IMG/VR virus record: IMGVR_UViG_3300048886_001243
Coordinates: 1-29,905 of that record
DNA length: 29,905 bases
Strand: one strand, 5' to 3'
Source: a virus
Taxonomy: Duplodnaviria; Caudoviricetes
Shown piece by piece: positions 8,430 to 16,955 of this stretch. Each line of letters starts with the position of its first letter. Position 1 is the first letter of the stretch. The notes below the pieces were generated by a model. It saw only the letters and a program-made list of their open reading frames with translations. It was not told the origin of the DNA and made no database searches. The position numbers and the translations under genes are program-made.

Positions 8430-9782
8430 ATGTTTAATGAAGCATTGCAAGAGAAGTGGCAGCCAGTTCTTGAGCACCCTGATCTTCCTAAGATTCAGGA
8501 TGCCCACCGCCGCGCCGTCGTCGCGACTCTTCTAGAAAATCAAGAGAATGATGCTCGCCAGCAAATTGAAGGTTCTGGTGGAGTTAGTGGACCAGGTAGC
8601 TTGTTGGAAGCATGGCCAAACAACCACATGGGAGCTTCTAGTTCTACTGCCAATGCAGGTTCTGTTGATATCTTTGACCCTGTCTTGATTTCGTTGATTC
8701 GTCGTTCTATGCCTAACCTTATCGCGTTTGATATCGTTGGTGTTCAGCCTATGACTGGTCCAACCGGACTTATCTTTGCTATGCGCTCTCGTTATACTAC
8801 CCAAGCTGGTACTGAGGCATTGTTCAACGAAGCTAACACCACGTTCTCTGCCGCAGCCTCTGGTAACTCCGCAATGGCGGCAGCAGCTAACAACCAGACC
8901 GGTTCAACTCCTGCCCTAGCCAATAGCAGCACCTATACCGCAGCTTCCGCAATGTCTACGACCCTAGCAGAGCGTCTAGGTGAGTCAACAAGTCATGATT
9001 TCCCAGAAATGGCCTTCTCTATTGAGAAGATTTCCGTTACTGCCCTTAGCCGTGCTTTGAAGGCTGAGTACACGATGGAACTTGCCCAGGACTTGAAAGC
9101 AATTCATGGCCTCGACGCCGAGACCGAACTTGCTAACATCCTATCTACTGAAATCCTTGCAGAAATCAACCGTGAAATCGTTCGTAAGGTTAACATTTCA
9201 GCTACAGTCGGTGCCCAACAGAACGTAACTACAGCCGGTACGTTTGACATGGACGTTGATGCCAACGGTCGTTGGTCAGTTGAGAAGTTTAAAGGTCTTA
9301 TGTTCCAGCTAGAGCGTGAAGCTAACGCAATCGCAAAAGCTACCCGTCGCGGTAAGGGTAACATCGTCATTTGTTCTAGTGACGTTGCTAGTGCCCTTCA
9401 GATGGCAGGTGTGCTTGACTATAGTTCAACCCTTTCAAACGGTCTGAATGTAGATGACACGGGTAATACCTTCGCTGGTGTCCTAAACGGTCGCTTCAAG
9501 GTCTATATTGATCCTTACTTCGCAGCCTCTAGTGGTGTTCATTACGCTACTGTCGGTTACAAGGGAACAAGCGCCTTTGACGCTGGTATCTTCTACGCAC
9601 CTTATGTTCCATTGCAGATGGTTCGTGCCGTAGGTGAGAATTCCTTCCAGCCCAAAATTGGCTTTAAGACTCGTTACGGACTTGTTGCTAATCCTTTCGC
9701 TACCAGCGCAGCTAACGGTACAATCGAGTTCGATACCAAGAACATCTATTACCGCCGTTTCGCTATCTCAAACTTGATGTAA
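8430..9782 (+). CDS. gp23: Major capsid protein (gp23)
   Basis: LIRRSMPNLIA, GVQPMTGPTGLIFAMR, RALKAEYTMELAQDLKAIHGLDAE, FQPKIGFKTRYG motifs. Confidence 0.99.
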   Translation: MFNEALQEKWQPVLEHPDLPKIQDAHRRAVVATLLENQENDARQQIEGSGGVSGPGSLLEAWPNNHMGASSSTANAGSVDIFDPVLISLIRRSMPNLIAFDIVGVQPMTGPTGLIFAMRSRYTTQAGTEALFNEANTTFSAAASGNSAMAAAANNQTGSTPALANSSTYTAASAMSTTLAERLGESTSHDFPEMAFSIEKISVTALSRALKAEYTMELAQDLKAIHGLDAETELANILSTEILAEINREIVRKVNISATVGAQQNVTTAGTFDMDVDANGRWSVEKFKGLMFQLEREANAIAKATRRGKGNIVICSSDVASALQMAGVLDYSSTLSNGLNVDDTGNTFAGVLNGRFKVYIDPYFAASSGVHYATVGYKGTSAFDAGIFYAPYVPLQMVRAVGENSFQPKIGFKTRYGLVANPFATSAANGTIEFDTKNIYYRRFAISNLM

Positions 9783-9810
9783 GCCATAACAACAATAAAA
9801 CGCTTACAAC

Positions 9811-9848
9811 AAAACTGAGGACTGTGAGAAATCACGGTCCTCTTTTTT
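9811..9848 (+). terminator. Intrinsic terminator after gp23, probably bidirectional
   Basis: GAGGACTGTGA-GAAA-TCACGGTCCTC followed by TTTTTT, with an A run on the 5' side. Confidence 0.9.
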
Positions 9849-9882
9849 GGTCTTTTGGGGATTTGGGAGTTATAAGCCGCCG

Positions 9883-10050
9883 TCAACAAGGTGAGAAGTA
9901 ACCTATTTCCGAAGTAGGACTAATCCATATAATTTCATGCCAGCCAGGACTTTCACCACTAGCTTTATGGATACCAATATGGTTCTCTAGTTGATCACAA
10001 TGAAATGTTTCCGTGCCGAATGTGATTTTTGCTTTACATATATCAGTCAT
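9883..10050 (-). CDS. Small Cys/His-containing hypothetical protein (55 aa; alternative start at 10080)
   Basis: GGAG upstream of MTDICKAKITFGTETFHCDQLENHIGIHKASG. Fills the gp23-gp3 gap and has its own minus-strand sigma70-like promoter. Confidence 0.55.
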   Translation of the reverse strand: MTDICKAKITFGTETFHCDQLENHIGIHKASGESPGWHEIIWISPTSEIGYFSPC

Positions 10051-10098
10051 AATGGACTCCATGGATAACCTTCTATTCATATGTGAGTCTACACACCA

Positions 10099-10131
10099 AA
10101 GGTAACACGTTGTCAACCCATTTGTCAACCC
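10099..10131 (-). promoter_or_regulatory. Sigma70-like early promoter with duplicated GGGTTGACAA boxes
   Basis: Minus strand reads GGGTTGACA-N18-(TGt)TACCTT. TTGTCAACCC occurs twice on the plus strand, at 10110-10119 and 10122-10131. Confidence 0.6.
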
Positions 10132-10140
10132 TATAAGACA

Positions 10141-10148
10141 TATAAATA
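10141..10148 (+). promoter_or_regulatory. T4-type late promoter TATAAATA
   Basis: Exact consensus upstream of gp3. Confidence 0.85.
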
Positions 10149-10175
10149 GGAGATCATAGAAAATAGGATATCCAA

Positions 10176-10703
10176 GTGACTGCGCCAAACCAACAACCAG
10201 ACAATACCAATTTCCTATCACCGGTAGGGTTCAAGTTTCTATTGAAACGAGCTCCTACTGTCAACTATTTTTGCCAATCAGCTAGTATTCCAAGCATCTC
10301 CCTAGGTGAAATTGTCCAAGATACACCATTCACCAAGATACATCATGTTGGTGATAAGTTGGTATTTGATAGTTTCTCCCTACGATTCAGAGTTGATGAA
10401 CACCTGTCCAATTACCTAGAGATATTCAATTGGCTAATTGCTATTGGTTTCCCTGATGATTTCAACCAATACAAAGCCATAGCTGATCGGCCATCACGGC
10501 CGAGCCAAGGTGACGTTCGTTCTGACGCTACCCTGATGGTTTTGACCAGTGCAGGAAACCCTAAAGTTGAGGTCAACCTCCGAGATATATACCCCATTGC
10601 ACTATCAACCCTAGAGTTCAATAGTGCAACCCAAGATATTGAATATCTAGAAGCCGACGTTCAATTTGCACTCACCAAATTTGATATAAATGTCTTGACA
10701 TAA
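10176..10703 (+). CDS. gp3: Tail completion / sheath stabiliser protein (gp3)
   Basis: NFLSPVGFKF, YFCQSASIP, GDKL, VDEHLSNYLEIFNW, SDATL, YPIALSTLEF motifs. Follows gp23 as in environmental T4-likes. Confidence 0.9.
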   Translation: MTAPNQQPDNTNFLSPVGFKFLLKRAPTVNYFCQSASIPSISLGEIVQDTPFTKIHHVGDKLVFDSFSLRFRVDEHLSNYLEIFNWLIAIGFPDDFNQYKAIADRPSRPSQGDVRSDATLMVLTSAGNPKVEVNLRDIYPIALSTLEFNSATQDIEYLEADVQFALTKFDINVLT

Positions 10704-10723
10704 CCCCAAACATGTGATACCAT
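10695..10723 (+). promoter_or_regulatory. Sigma70-like promoter (leaderless transcript)
   Basis: TTGACA-N17-TACCAT with an extended TGn; the ATG at 10730 is only 6 nt after the -10 box. Confidence 0.75.
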
Positions 10724-10729
10724 CCAACC

Positions 10730-10972
10730 ATGGAACCTATCTATTATTACCCGTCGAGTTTACCACCCGATCAGGTAGTACGCATGGAAGAGAAAATGCC
10801 AGACTACAATCTGGCATTCATGATAGAAGCACATGACGGGTTTTATTGGTGGTTCGAACATAAAGAGACAGGGCAGACTATTAACATCCCGGCGATGATC
10901 AACAAGAACCCTGAAGCATTGGCGAAAATGAAAGACATGCTTAGGAAATCGGAGCGAAAAGGAATTTTGTAA
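10730..10972 (+). CDS. Hypothetical protein (80 aa)
   Basis: ORF starts directly after the promoter and its stop overlaps the next start (TAATG). Confidence 0.7.
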   Translation: MEPIYYYPSSLPPDQVVRMEEKMPDYNLAFMIEAHDGFYWWFEHKETGQTINIPAMINKNPEALAKMKDMLRKSERKGIL

Positions 10973-11115
10973 TGGGAGATAGGCAGACAGATTACACTCT
11001 ATTCCGCTGTGATTTCAAGCCATTAGATGATATTACGCCATATGAACGGTGGAAAACTTATGCTACCGTGGTCTTAGTGAATGAATCGAAAAGGAAAGTT
11101 CGTGAAGCTAGATGA
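10972..11115 (+). CDS. Small hypothetical protein (47 aa), not in the ORF track
   Basis: MGDRQTDYTLFRCDFKPLDDITPYERWKTYATVVLVNESKRKVREAR. TAATG coupling, upstream AAGGA, overlaps the uvsY start. Confidence 0.55.
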   Translation: MGDRQTDYTLFRCDFKPLDDITPYERWKTYATVVLVNESKRKVREAR

Positions 11116-11539
11116 AATGATGAGGGAGTGGGACGAAGATTGTAAGATTGATCGTACCGCTCTAGATATCGAAAGTCTACGGGTACCTGAATTACACAAT
11201 AAATGGTTCAAATTGTATACGGCTGAGCGAGTTTTGTACATCGATCTGATGGATAAACGTAAAGCCCTATTACATTGGAAGACCCAATATTATGCTGGCG
11301 AGTTGAATAATGAGGAAGACTGTGAGAAGTATAAGGTTGAACCGTTCCAATTCAGACTGAGCAAGTCGAAACAGGAACAAGCCGTTGATGCCGATGGTGA
11401 TGTCCGTACCCTTGCTAGAACTATATCTATGGCCCAAGAGAAGCAGAGGTTTCTTGAGGGTGTGATAAAGAGCATCAATGGGCGTCAATGGAACATTCGT
11501 GGAGCAATTGATTATGCCAAATTTACCAACCCTGGATAG
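11102..11539 (+). CDS. uvsY: Recombination mediator UvsY
   Basis: WDEDCKIDRTALDIESLRVPELHNKW, YYAG, INGRQWNIRGAIDYAKF motifs. Located upstream of uvsW. Likely GTG start at 11102 after AAGGAAA. Confidence 0.9.
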   Translation: MKLDEMMREWDEDCKIDRTALDIESLRVPELHNKWFKLYTAERVLYIDLMDKRKALLHWKTQYYAGELNNEEDCEKYKVEPFQFRLSKSKQEQAVDADGDVRTLARTISMAQEKQRFLEGVIKSINGRQWNIRGAIDYAKFTNPG

Positions 11540-11550
11540 GAAAGATACAT

Positions 11551-11619
11551 ATGAAGGCCTTCATAACAACCTATTGGCTACAAATTACGGCCTTTGTTAT
11601 GATAATTATTGTTCAGTAA
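11551..11619 (+). CDS. Putative 22-aa hydrophobic micropeptide
   Basis: MKAFITTYWLQITAFVMIIIVQ, with AGGAAAG upstream; fills the uvsY-uvsW gap. Confidence 0.45.
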   Translation: MKAFITTYWLQITAFVMIIIVQ

Positions 11620-11625
11620 AGTGGC

Positions 11626-13110
11626 ATGACAGATACCGTTAAATTAACCAAGATCAATGAAGTCTATATGGGCATATTAGCACCTGAGTATATCTATCAG
11701 GAGCTATCTGACTATTTTACCTTTCCTGTTCCTGGAGCCTGGTTTCAACCGAACTACAGAAACAAGAATTGGGACGGTAAAATACGGCTATTCAATAGAC
11801 GAAACAATACCCTCTATCTGGGACTGTTACCTTACGTTGAACTTCTATGCCACAAATCAGGCTATAAATTAGCCCATGACGGTTCCTTTGAAGCACCTGA
11901 ACAGTATTCTGATAAAGAGGCGATTGATTTTGTCAAGTCTTTGGAACTACCTGAGAAGATTGTGCCCAGAGAGTATCAATTGCAGGCTTTTGTTCGCTCT
12001 ATCCGAGATCGTAGAAACCTACTATTGTCACCGACGGCGTCTGGTAAATCGCTGATCATCTATTTCCTTATCAGGTATTACCGACGCAAAACGTTGATTC
12101 TGGTACCCACTATCAATCTCACCAGTCAAATGTATACGGACTTTCAGGACTATGGCTTTGATTCTGAACGGTATTGCCATGTGATTACCGCTGGTGCCGA
12201 TAAGATATCAGATAAGCCCATCGTGATTTCCACATGGCAAAGTCTCTATGATATGAAGCCCCATATCTTCAAAGATTATAGGGTTGTGATTGGAGATGAG
12301 GCTCATCTATTCAAAGCCAAATCCTTGAAAAAAATCATGGGAATGTTGCCTAATGCTAAGTATCGCCATGCATTGACTGGTACCCTCGACAATTTGGAGA
12401 CCAATCGTTTGACGATTGAAGGGCTTTTTGGATCGGTGAGAAAGATCACAACTACCAAGGAATTAATCGATAAAGGGCATCTATCACCGTTCAGAATCAA
12501 AGCCCTAATACTTGATCATCCTGAAGATGTATCAAAGGAACATAAGAAAGATACCTACCAAGAGGAAGTTGACTTCCTAGTTAGTAACGAGTCTAGAAAT
12601 AAGTTCATTAAGAACCTTGCGCTATCCTTGAAGGGTAATACACTTTTACTCTTCCAACTGGTTGACAAACACGGGAGATTACTGTATAATGGTATTCAAC
12701 AAGATGCAGAAAAAGGTAGAAAGGTATTCTTTGTATGCGGAGAAACTGAAAAAGACGACCGTGAAGCTATTCGGAAGATTTTGGAAACGGAGAGAAATGC
12801 TATTATTGTGGCCTCTTACGGCACTTTTTCTACTGGTGTCAATATTCCTAGCATTGAGCATCTTATTTTCGCTTCTCCTTCAAGAAGCCGTATTAGGGTC
12901 TTACAGTCGATTGGGCGCGCTCTTCGGCAGAATCCGGGAAAGAAAGAGGCGATCCTCTATGACATAGCGGATGATATGAGTTATGCCGGTCATAGAAATT
13001 ATACCCTGAACCACTTCGCGGAACGCATGAAGATATACAATTCTGAAGAGTTTGATTACAAGATTTACAAGGTAAAAATAGATGGAAAAAGAAACCTCTA
13101 CGAAGGGTGA
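11626..13110 (+). CDS. uvsW: UvsW SF2 DNA/RNA-DNA helicase
   Basis: WDGKIRLF, PREYQ, SPTASGKS (Walker A), DEAH, LTGT, YGTFSTGVNI, LQSIGRALR, YDIADD motifs. Confidence 0.97.
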   Translation: MTDTVKLTKINEVYMGILAPEYIYQELSDYFTFPVPGAWFQPNYRNKNWDGKIRLFNRRNNTLYLGLLPYVELLCHKSGYKLAHDGSFEAPEQYSDKEAIDFVKSLELPEKIVPREYQLQAFVRSIRDRRNLLLSPTASGKSLIIYFLIRYYRRKTLILVPTINLTSQMYTDFQDYGFDSERYCHVITAGADKISDKPIVISTWQSLYDMKPHIFKDYRVVIGDEAHLFKAKSLKKIMGMLPNAKYRHALTGTLDNLETNRLTIEGLFGSVRKITTTKELIDKGHLSPFRIKALILDHPEDVSKEHKKDTYQEEVDFLVSNESRNKFIKNLALSLKGNTLLLFQLVDKHGRLLYNGIQQDAEKGRKVFFVCGETEKDDREAIRKILETERNAIIVASYGTFSTGVNIPSIEHLIFASPSRSRIRVLQSIGRALRQNPGKKEAILYDIADDMSYAGHRNYTLNHFAERMKIYNSEEFDYKIYKVKIDGKRNLYEG

Positions 13111-13546
13111 AAATGCTGAGATTCGCTATATTAAATTGGTTAATGGCGAAAACATTATGGCGACAATTATACAATATGAGGATGAATCAGTCTGGATATG
13201 CAATCCTCTAAGGATATTAGAACAACGATCCGAAAACGGATACATGGTTGCACATATGATAAAGTGGATCCCATTCATGGGAAAGGAAGCATTTGAGGTC
13301 GCTAAGTCGACCATAGTTACCATGGCATTTGTTCCGCCTGAAACCGAAGGAATTTACGTCGATATAGTTGAGTCAATATTCGCAGAACCAGCGCCGTTTG
13401 ATTCTATGAAGGAACAACAATCGGATGCCTCAACGGAAACTCCGAAAGTTGACATTACTCCTGATAAAATCGATGAAATAAGACGCCGAATTAGCAGGCA
13501 AATGTTGGAAGATTGGCAACCTTCAGCGAATACGAAGAGTCATTAA
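13082..13546 (+). CDS. Conserved hypothetical protein (Sm-like beta fold likely)
   Basis: YIKLVNGENIMA...NP...KWIPF pattern, typical of the gene between uvsW and gp55 in T4-likes. Confidence 0.75.
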   Translation: MEKETSTKGENAEIRYIKLVNGENIMATIIQYEDESVWICNPLRILEQRSENGYMVAHMIKWIPFMGKEAFEVAKSTIVTMAFVPPETEGIYVDIVESIFAEPAPFDSMKEQQSDASTETPKVDITPDKIDEIRRRISRQMLEDWQPSANTKSH

Positions 13547-13547
13547 T

Positions 13548-14114
13548 ATGCCTAAAAAGAAACCAGTACATCACTATATCAATAACAAAGACTTCTATAC
13601 CGCCATGGTGGAATACAAGAGACTAGTAAAAGAGGCTGAAGCTATTGATGGAATTCACCCAAGAGTGACCCATTATATTGGTGAATGCTTCATGTTGATT
13701 GCCACGAAACTTTCAAATAGACCTAATTTCATCCGCTACACTTTTAAGGAAGAAATGATCGGCGATGGGATTGAGAATTGTTTGCAATACATTGATAATT
13801 TTGATCCTGACAAATCAAAGAACCCGTTTGCCTATTTCACCCAAATTATTTGGTTTGCCTTTCTAAGACGTATCGCCAAGGAGCAAAAGAACCAATATAT
13901 TAAGTTCAAAGCTATTGAGCATACCGATCTATTTGAGGCTACCAGTCAGACCCATAAATATGATACAGAGTCTAATGTCTCAGGTATCCAAATGAGCGAA
14001 TGGTCCAGAAAATACATGGATGAATTTATTGAGACCTTCGAAGAGACTAAGCGAACGAAAAAGAAGCCCAAGACGGAAGAAAAAACTGTTTACGATACAG
14101 AGAAACCAGCATGA
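13548..14114 (+). CDS. gp55: Late-transcription sigma factor (gp55)
   Basis: HYINNKDF, YIGECFMLIA, PNFIRYT, EMIGDGIENC, FDPDKSKNPFAYFTQI, AFLRRIAKE motifs. Confidence 0.97.
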   Translation: MPKKKPVHHYINNKDFYTAMVEYKRLVKEAEAIDGIHPRVTHYIGECFMLIATKLSNRPNFIRYTFKEEMIGDGIENCLQYIDNFDPDKSKNPFAYFTQIIWFAFLRRIAKEQKNQYIKFKAIEHTDLFEATSQTHKYDTESNVSGIQMSEWSRKYMDEFIETFEETKRTKKKPKTEEKTVYDTEKPA

Positions 14115-15169
14115 AAATCCTGTTGATTACTGATCAACATTTCGGCGTCCGTGGAGACTCACAAGTATTTCTAGAGTATCAACGGAAATTTTACGAGAAC
14201 GTGGTCTTTCCGACTATCGATGAACACGATATCAAGACCGTAATCGACCTCGGAGATACGTTTGATCGCCGAAAGTTTGTCAATTACTATACCCTTAAAG
14301 CAGCCAATCAAATGTGGTTTAATCCTCTTAAGGAGAGAGGTATCGATCTCCATATATTGATTGGTAACCATACAACCTTTTACAAAGATACGAACGAGGT
14401 CAATAGCCCCGACCTGTTATTATCCGGGCATCATGTGTATAGTGAAGCAACTGAAATTGAATTGGACGGAATTAAGTTTTTGATGATCCCTTGGATTAAC
14501 TCAGCAAACCATTCGAAAACTGTGAGGGCGATCAAACGAACGAAAGCCCAGTTGGTTTTTGCCCACCTTGAGCTCCAGGGATTTGAAGTATCCACAGGGG
14601 TAAAGCTTGATCATGGTATGACGTTGAAGCATTTCGAAAAGTTCGATATGGTAATGACTGGGCATTTCCATCATAAATCACACCGTGAAAACGTGTATTA
14701 TCTGGGAGCTCCTCATGAGAATACCTGGATTGATTATGAGGACCCAAAGGGATTTCACCTGTTTGATACTGGGACGAGAGTAACAGAATTCATCCGCAAT
14801 CCTTATACCATGTTCAACAAGCTATGGTATAATGATGAAGGACGAGAACTAGAGAACATTCTGAATTTCAACGCGGAGAAATACGTTGGGACCTATGTCA
14901 AAGTCATTTTGACGAAATGTACCAATCCTTATTTCTTGGACCTGTTCTTGGAGAAGCTCCAAAAGGCAGACGTTCAAAATATCCAGATTGTTGAAGATCA
15001 CCTAAATTCTCACCTAGACGATGATGAATTGGTGAATGAAGCCGAGGATACCTTAACGATTCTGAGCAAGTATATCGGCGGGCTGGAAATCGCCGTGGAT
15101 AAAAGAAGGCTTGACTCCTTAATGAAATCGCTATATCACGAGGCGATGACCCTAGAATTGGAGGCATAA
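14111..15169 (+). CDS. gp47: Recombination endonuclease subunit, Mre11/SbcD-like (gp47)
   Basis: Metallophosphoesterase motifs TDQHFG, LGDTFDRRK, GNH, AHLEL, TGHFH. Confidence 0.96.
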   Translation: MKILLITDQHFGVRGDSQVFLEYQRKFYENVVFPTIDEHDIKTVIDLGDTFDRRKFVNYYTLKAANQMWFNPLKERGIDLHILIGNHTTFYKDTNEVNSPDLLLSGHHVYSEATEIELDGIKFLMIPWINSANHSKTVRAIKRTKAQLVFAHLELQGFEVSTGVKLDHGMTLKHFEKFDMVMTGHFHHKSHRENVYYLGAPHENTWIDYEDPKGFHLFDTGTRVTEFIRNPYTMFNKLWYNDEGRELENILNFNAEKYVGTYVKVILTKCTNPYFLDLFLEKLQKADVQNIQIVEDHLNSHLDDDELVNEAEDTLTILSKYIGGLEIAVDKRRLDSLMKSLYHEAMTLELEA

Positions 15170-15238
15170 ATGCAAGGACCAGACAAATTTAAGGATGCTT
15201 CCATGAAAAGCCAATCTAAAGAGAACAGAAGGAAATGA
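15170..15238 (+). CDS. Putative 22-aa upstream ORF between gp47 and gp46
   Basis: GGAGG RBS at 15160-15164; ATG directly after the gp47 stop; MQGPDKFKDASMKSQSKENRRK. Confidence 0.45.
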   Translation: MQGPDKFKDASMKSQSKENRRK

Positions 15239-15242
15239 TCCT

Positions 15243-16955
15243 ATTATAAAATTCAAGGCCGTCAGGTACAAGAATTTTCTAGCCACGGGGAACAGTTTTA
15301 CAGAGATTCGACTAAATGATCACCTGAATACCCTAATTATTGGGGATAATGGCGCTGGTAAATCCACTGTATTGGATGCTTTGACCTATGGGCTATTCAA
15401 TAAACCGTTCCGAAAGATCAACAAACCACAGCTAATCTCTAGCGTTAATGAGAAGGGCTGTTTGGTAGAGGTTGAGTTTTCAATCGGACGCCGGCAGTAT
15501 ACTATCCGACGAGGTATGCGTCCTGCGATCTTTGAGATCGTCAAGGACGGAACAATCCTCAATCAATCTGCTTCCGCGAGAGATTACCAGTCGATCCTAG
15601 AAAAGACTATCCTGAAACTCAATTTCAAGTCGTTCACCCAGATTGTCATTTTAGGCAACTCTTCATTCGTACCTTTCATGCAATTACCAGCGGCTCACCG
15701 TCGTGAGGTCATTGAAGACCTTCTGGATATTCAGATTTTCTCCATCATGAATCAATTGCTCAAGGAGAAGATTTCAGACAACAAAGAGGCTCAGCGAACC
15801 GTTGGATTTCAGATCGAATTAAAGGGTGAAAAGATTGCCCTTCAAGAGGCTCATTTGACCAGCCTGAAAGTAAACAACCAGAAAAAGATCAAGGACAATG
15901 AAGCCCAAATAAAGAAATCCCAAGAGGCTATCCAAGATCATGAGGATACCATTGAAGGGCTGTACCAATCGATAGCTGACGATGAGGCTAGTATTACTGA
16001 CCAAAAGGTTGTTCGTACCAGACATACGAAGGTTTCAAACATTATTACCCAACTTCAAACTCAGGTTAGAAACCTAAAAAAGAACCTCAAATTCTACGAG
16101 GACAATGATGAATGCCCGACGTGCCGGCAATCATTAGGAGGGAACCATGTTCATAAGACGGTCGCTGATGATACTTCAAAATTGGAAGAGGCACAGAATG
16201 CCATTGTATCATTAGGTGATAAGTTTACTGTTGGAACCATGCGGATTGGTGATATAGAACAAGTGGTTAAACGTATAGCAGAACACTTCCAAAACCTCTC
16301 AATTGAACAAAACAGCATAACACACTTGCAAGAGTACATCAATACTTACTTGCAGGAGAACGAAAACTTACAAGAGCATAAAGAGTCCTTGAAAGATGAG
16401 GCCTCTAAGCTTCGCGATATGAAGAAGGAGCTAAGAGATCATAATAAAGACAAAGAAAAACTGGTCAAAACGAGAGCAGTTTTTGAAGTTGGCGCTAGAC
16501 TATTAAAGGATAACGGAGTAAAGACAAAGATCATCCGGCAATATATTCCAGTAATAAACAAGTTAGTCAACAAGTATTTAGCCTCTATGGACTTTTTCGT
16601 GAATTTTGAACTTAACGAAGCATTCCACGAGACAATCAAGAGTCGCCACAGGGATACCTTTTCCTACGCCTCTTTCTCTGAAGGCGAGAAACAAAGAATT
16701 GACTTGGCACTATTATTGACCTGGAGAGCCGTGGCTCGTATGAAAAACTCAGTGGCTACAAATCTGATGATGCTGGATGAAGTGTTTGACGCTTCCCTTG
16801 ATGCCAACGGTACTGAGGAGCTCATGAAGATTCTCCAGGGATTTGATAATGATACCAACATCTTTGTTATCAGCCATAAGCAAGAGGCATTGGTAGATAA
16901 ATTCATGGACACCATTCGATTCATGAAACGTGGTAATTTCTCGGAGATTGTGTGA
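15243..16955 (+). CDS. gp46: Recombination ATPase subunit, Rad50/SbcC-like (gp46), probable non-canonical ATT start
   Basis: Frame extends upstream of the track start 15372 through IKFKAVRYKNFLATGN...GDNGAGKST (Walker A). Also has the CPTC zinc hook, FSEGEK signature, LDEVFD and ISH. Confidence 0.95.
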   Translation: MIKFKAVRYKNFLATGNSFTEIRLNDHLNTLIIGDNGAGKSTVLDALTYGLFNKPFRKINKPQLISSVNEKGCLVEVEFSIGRRQYTIRRGMRPAIFEIVKDGTILNQSASARDYQSILEKTILKLNFKSFTQIVILGNSSFVPFMQLPAAHRREVIEDLLDIQIFSIMNQLLKEKISDNKEAQRTVGFQIELKGEKIALQEAHLTSLKVNNQKKIKDNEAQIKKSQEAIQDHEDTIEGLYQSIADDEASITDQKVVRTRHTKVSNIITQLQTQVRNLKKNLKFYEDNDECPTCRQSLGGNHVHKTVADDTSKLEEAQNAIVSLGDKFTVGTMRIGDIEQVVKRIAEHFQNLSIEQNSITHLQEYINTYLQENENLQEHKESLKDEASKLRDMKKELRDHNKDKEKLVKTRAVFEVGARLLKDNGVKTKIIRQYIPVINKLVNKYLASMDFFVNFELNEAFHETIKSRHRDTFSYASFSEGEKQRIDLALLLTWRAVARMKNSVATNLMMLDEVFDASLDANGTEELMKILQGFDNDTNIFVISHKQEALVDKFMDTIRFMKRGNFSEIV

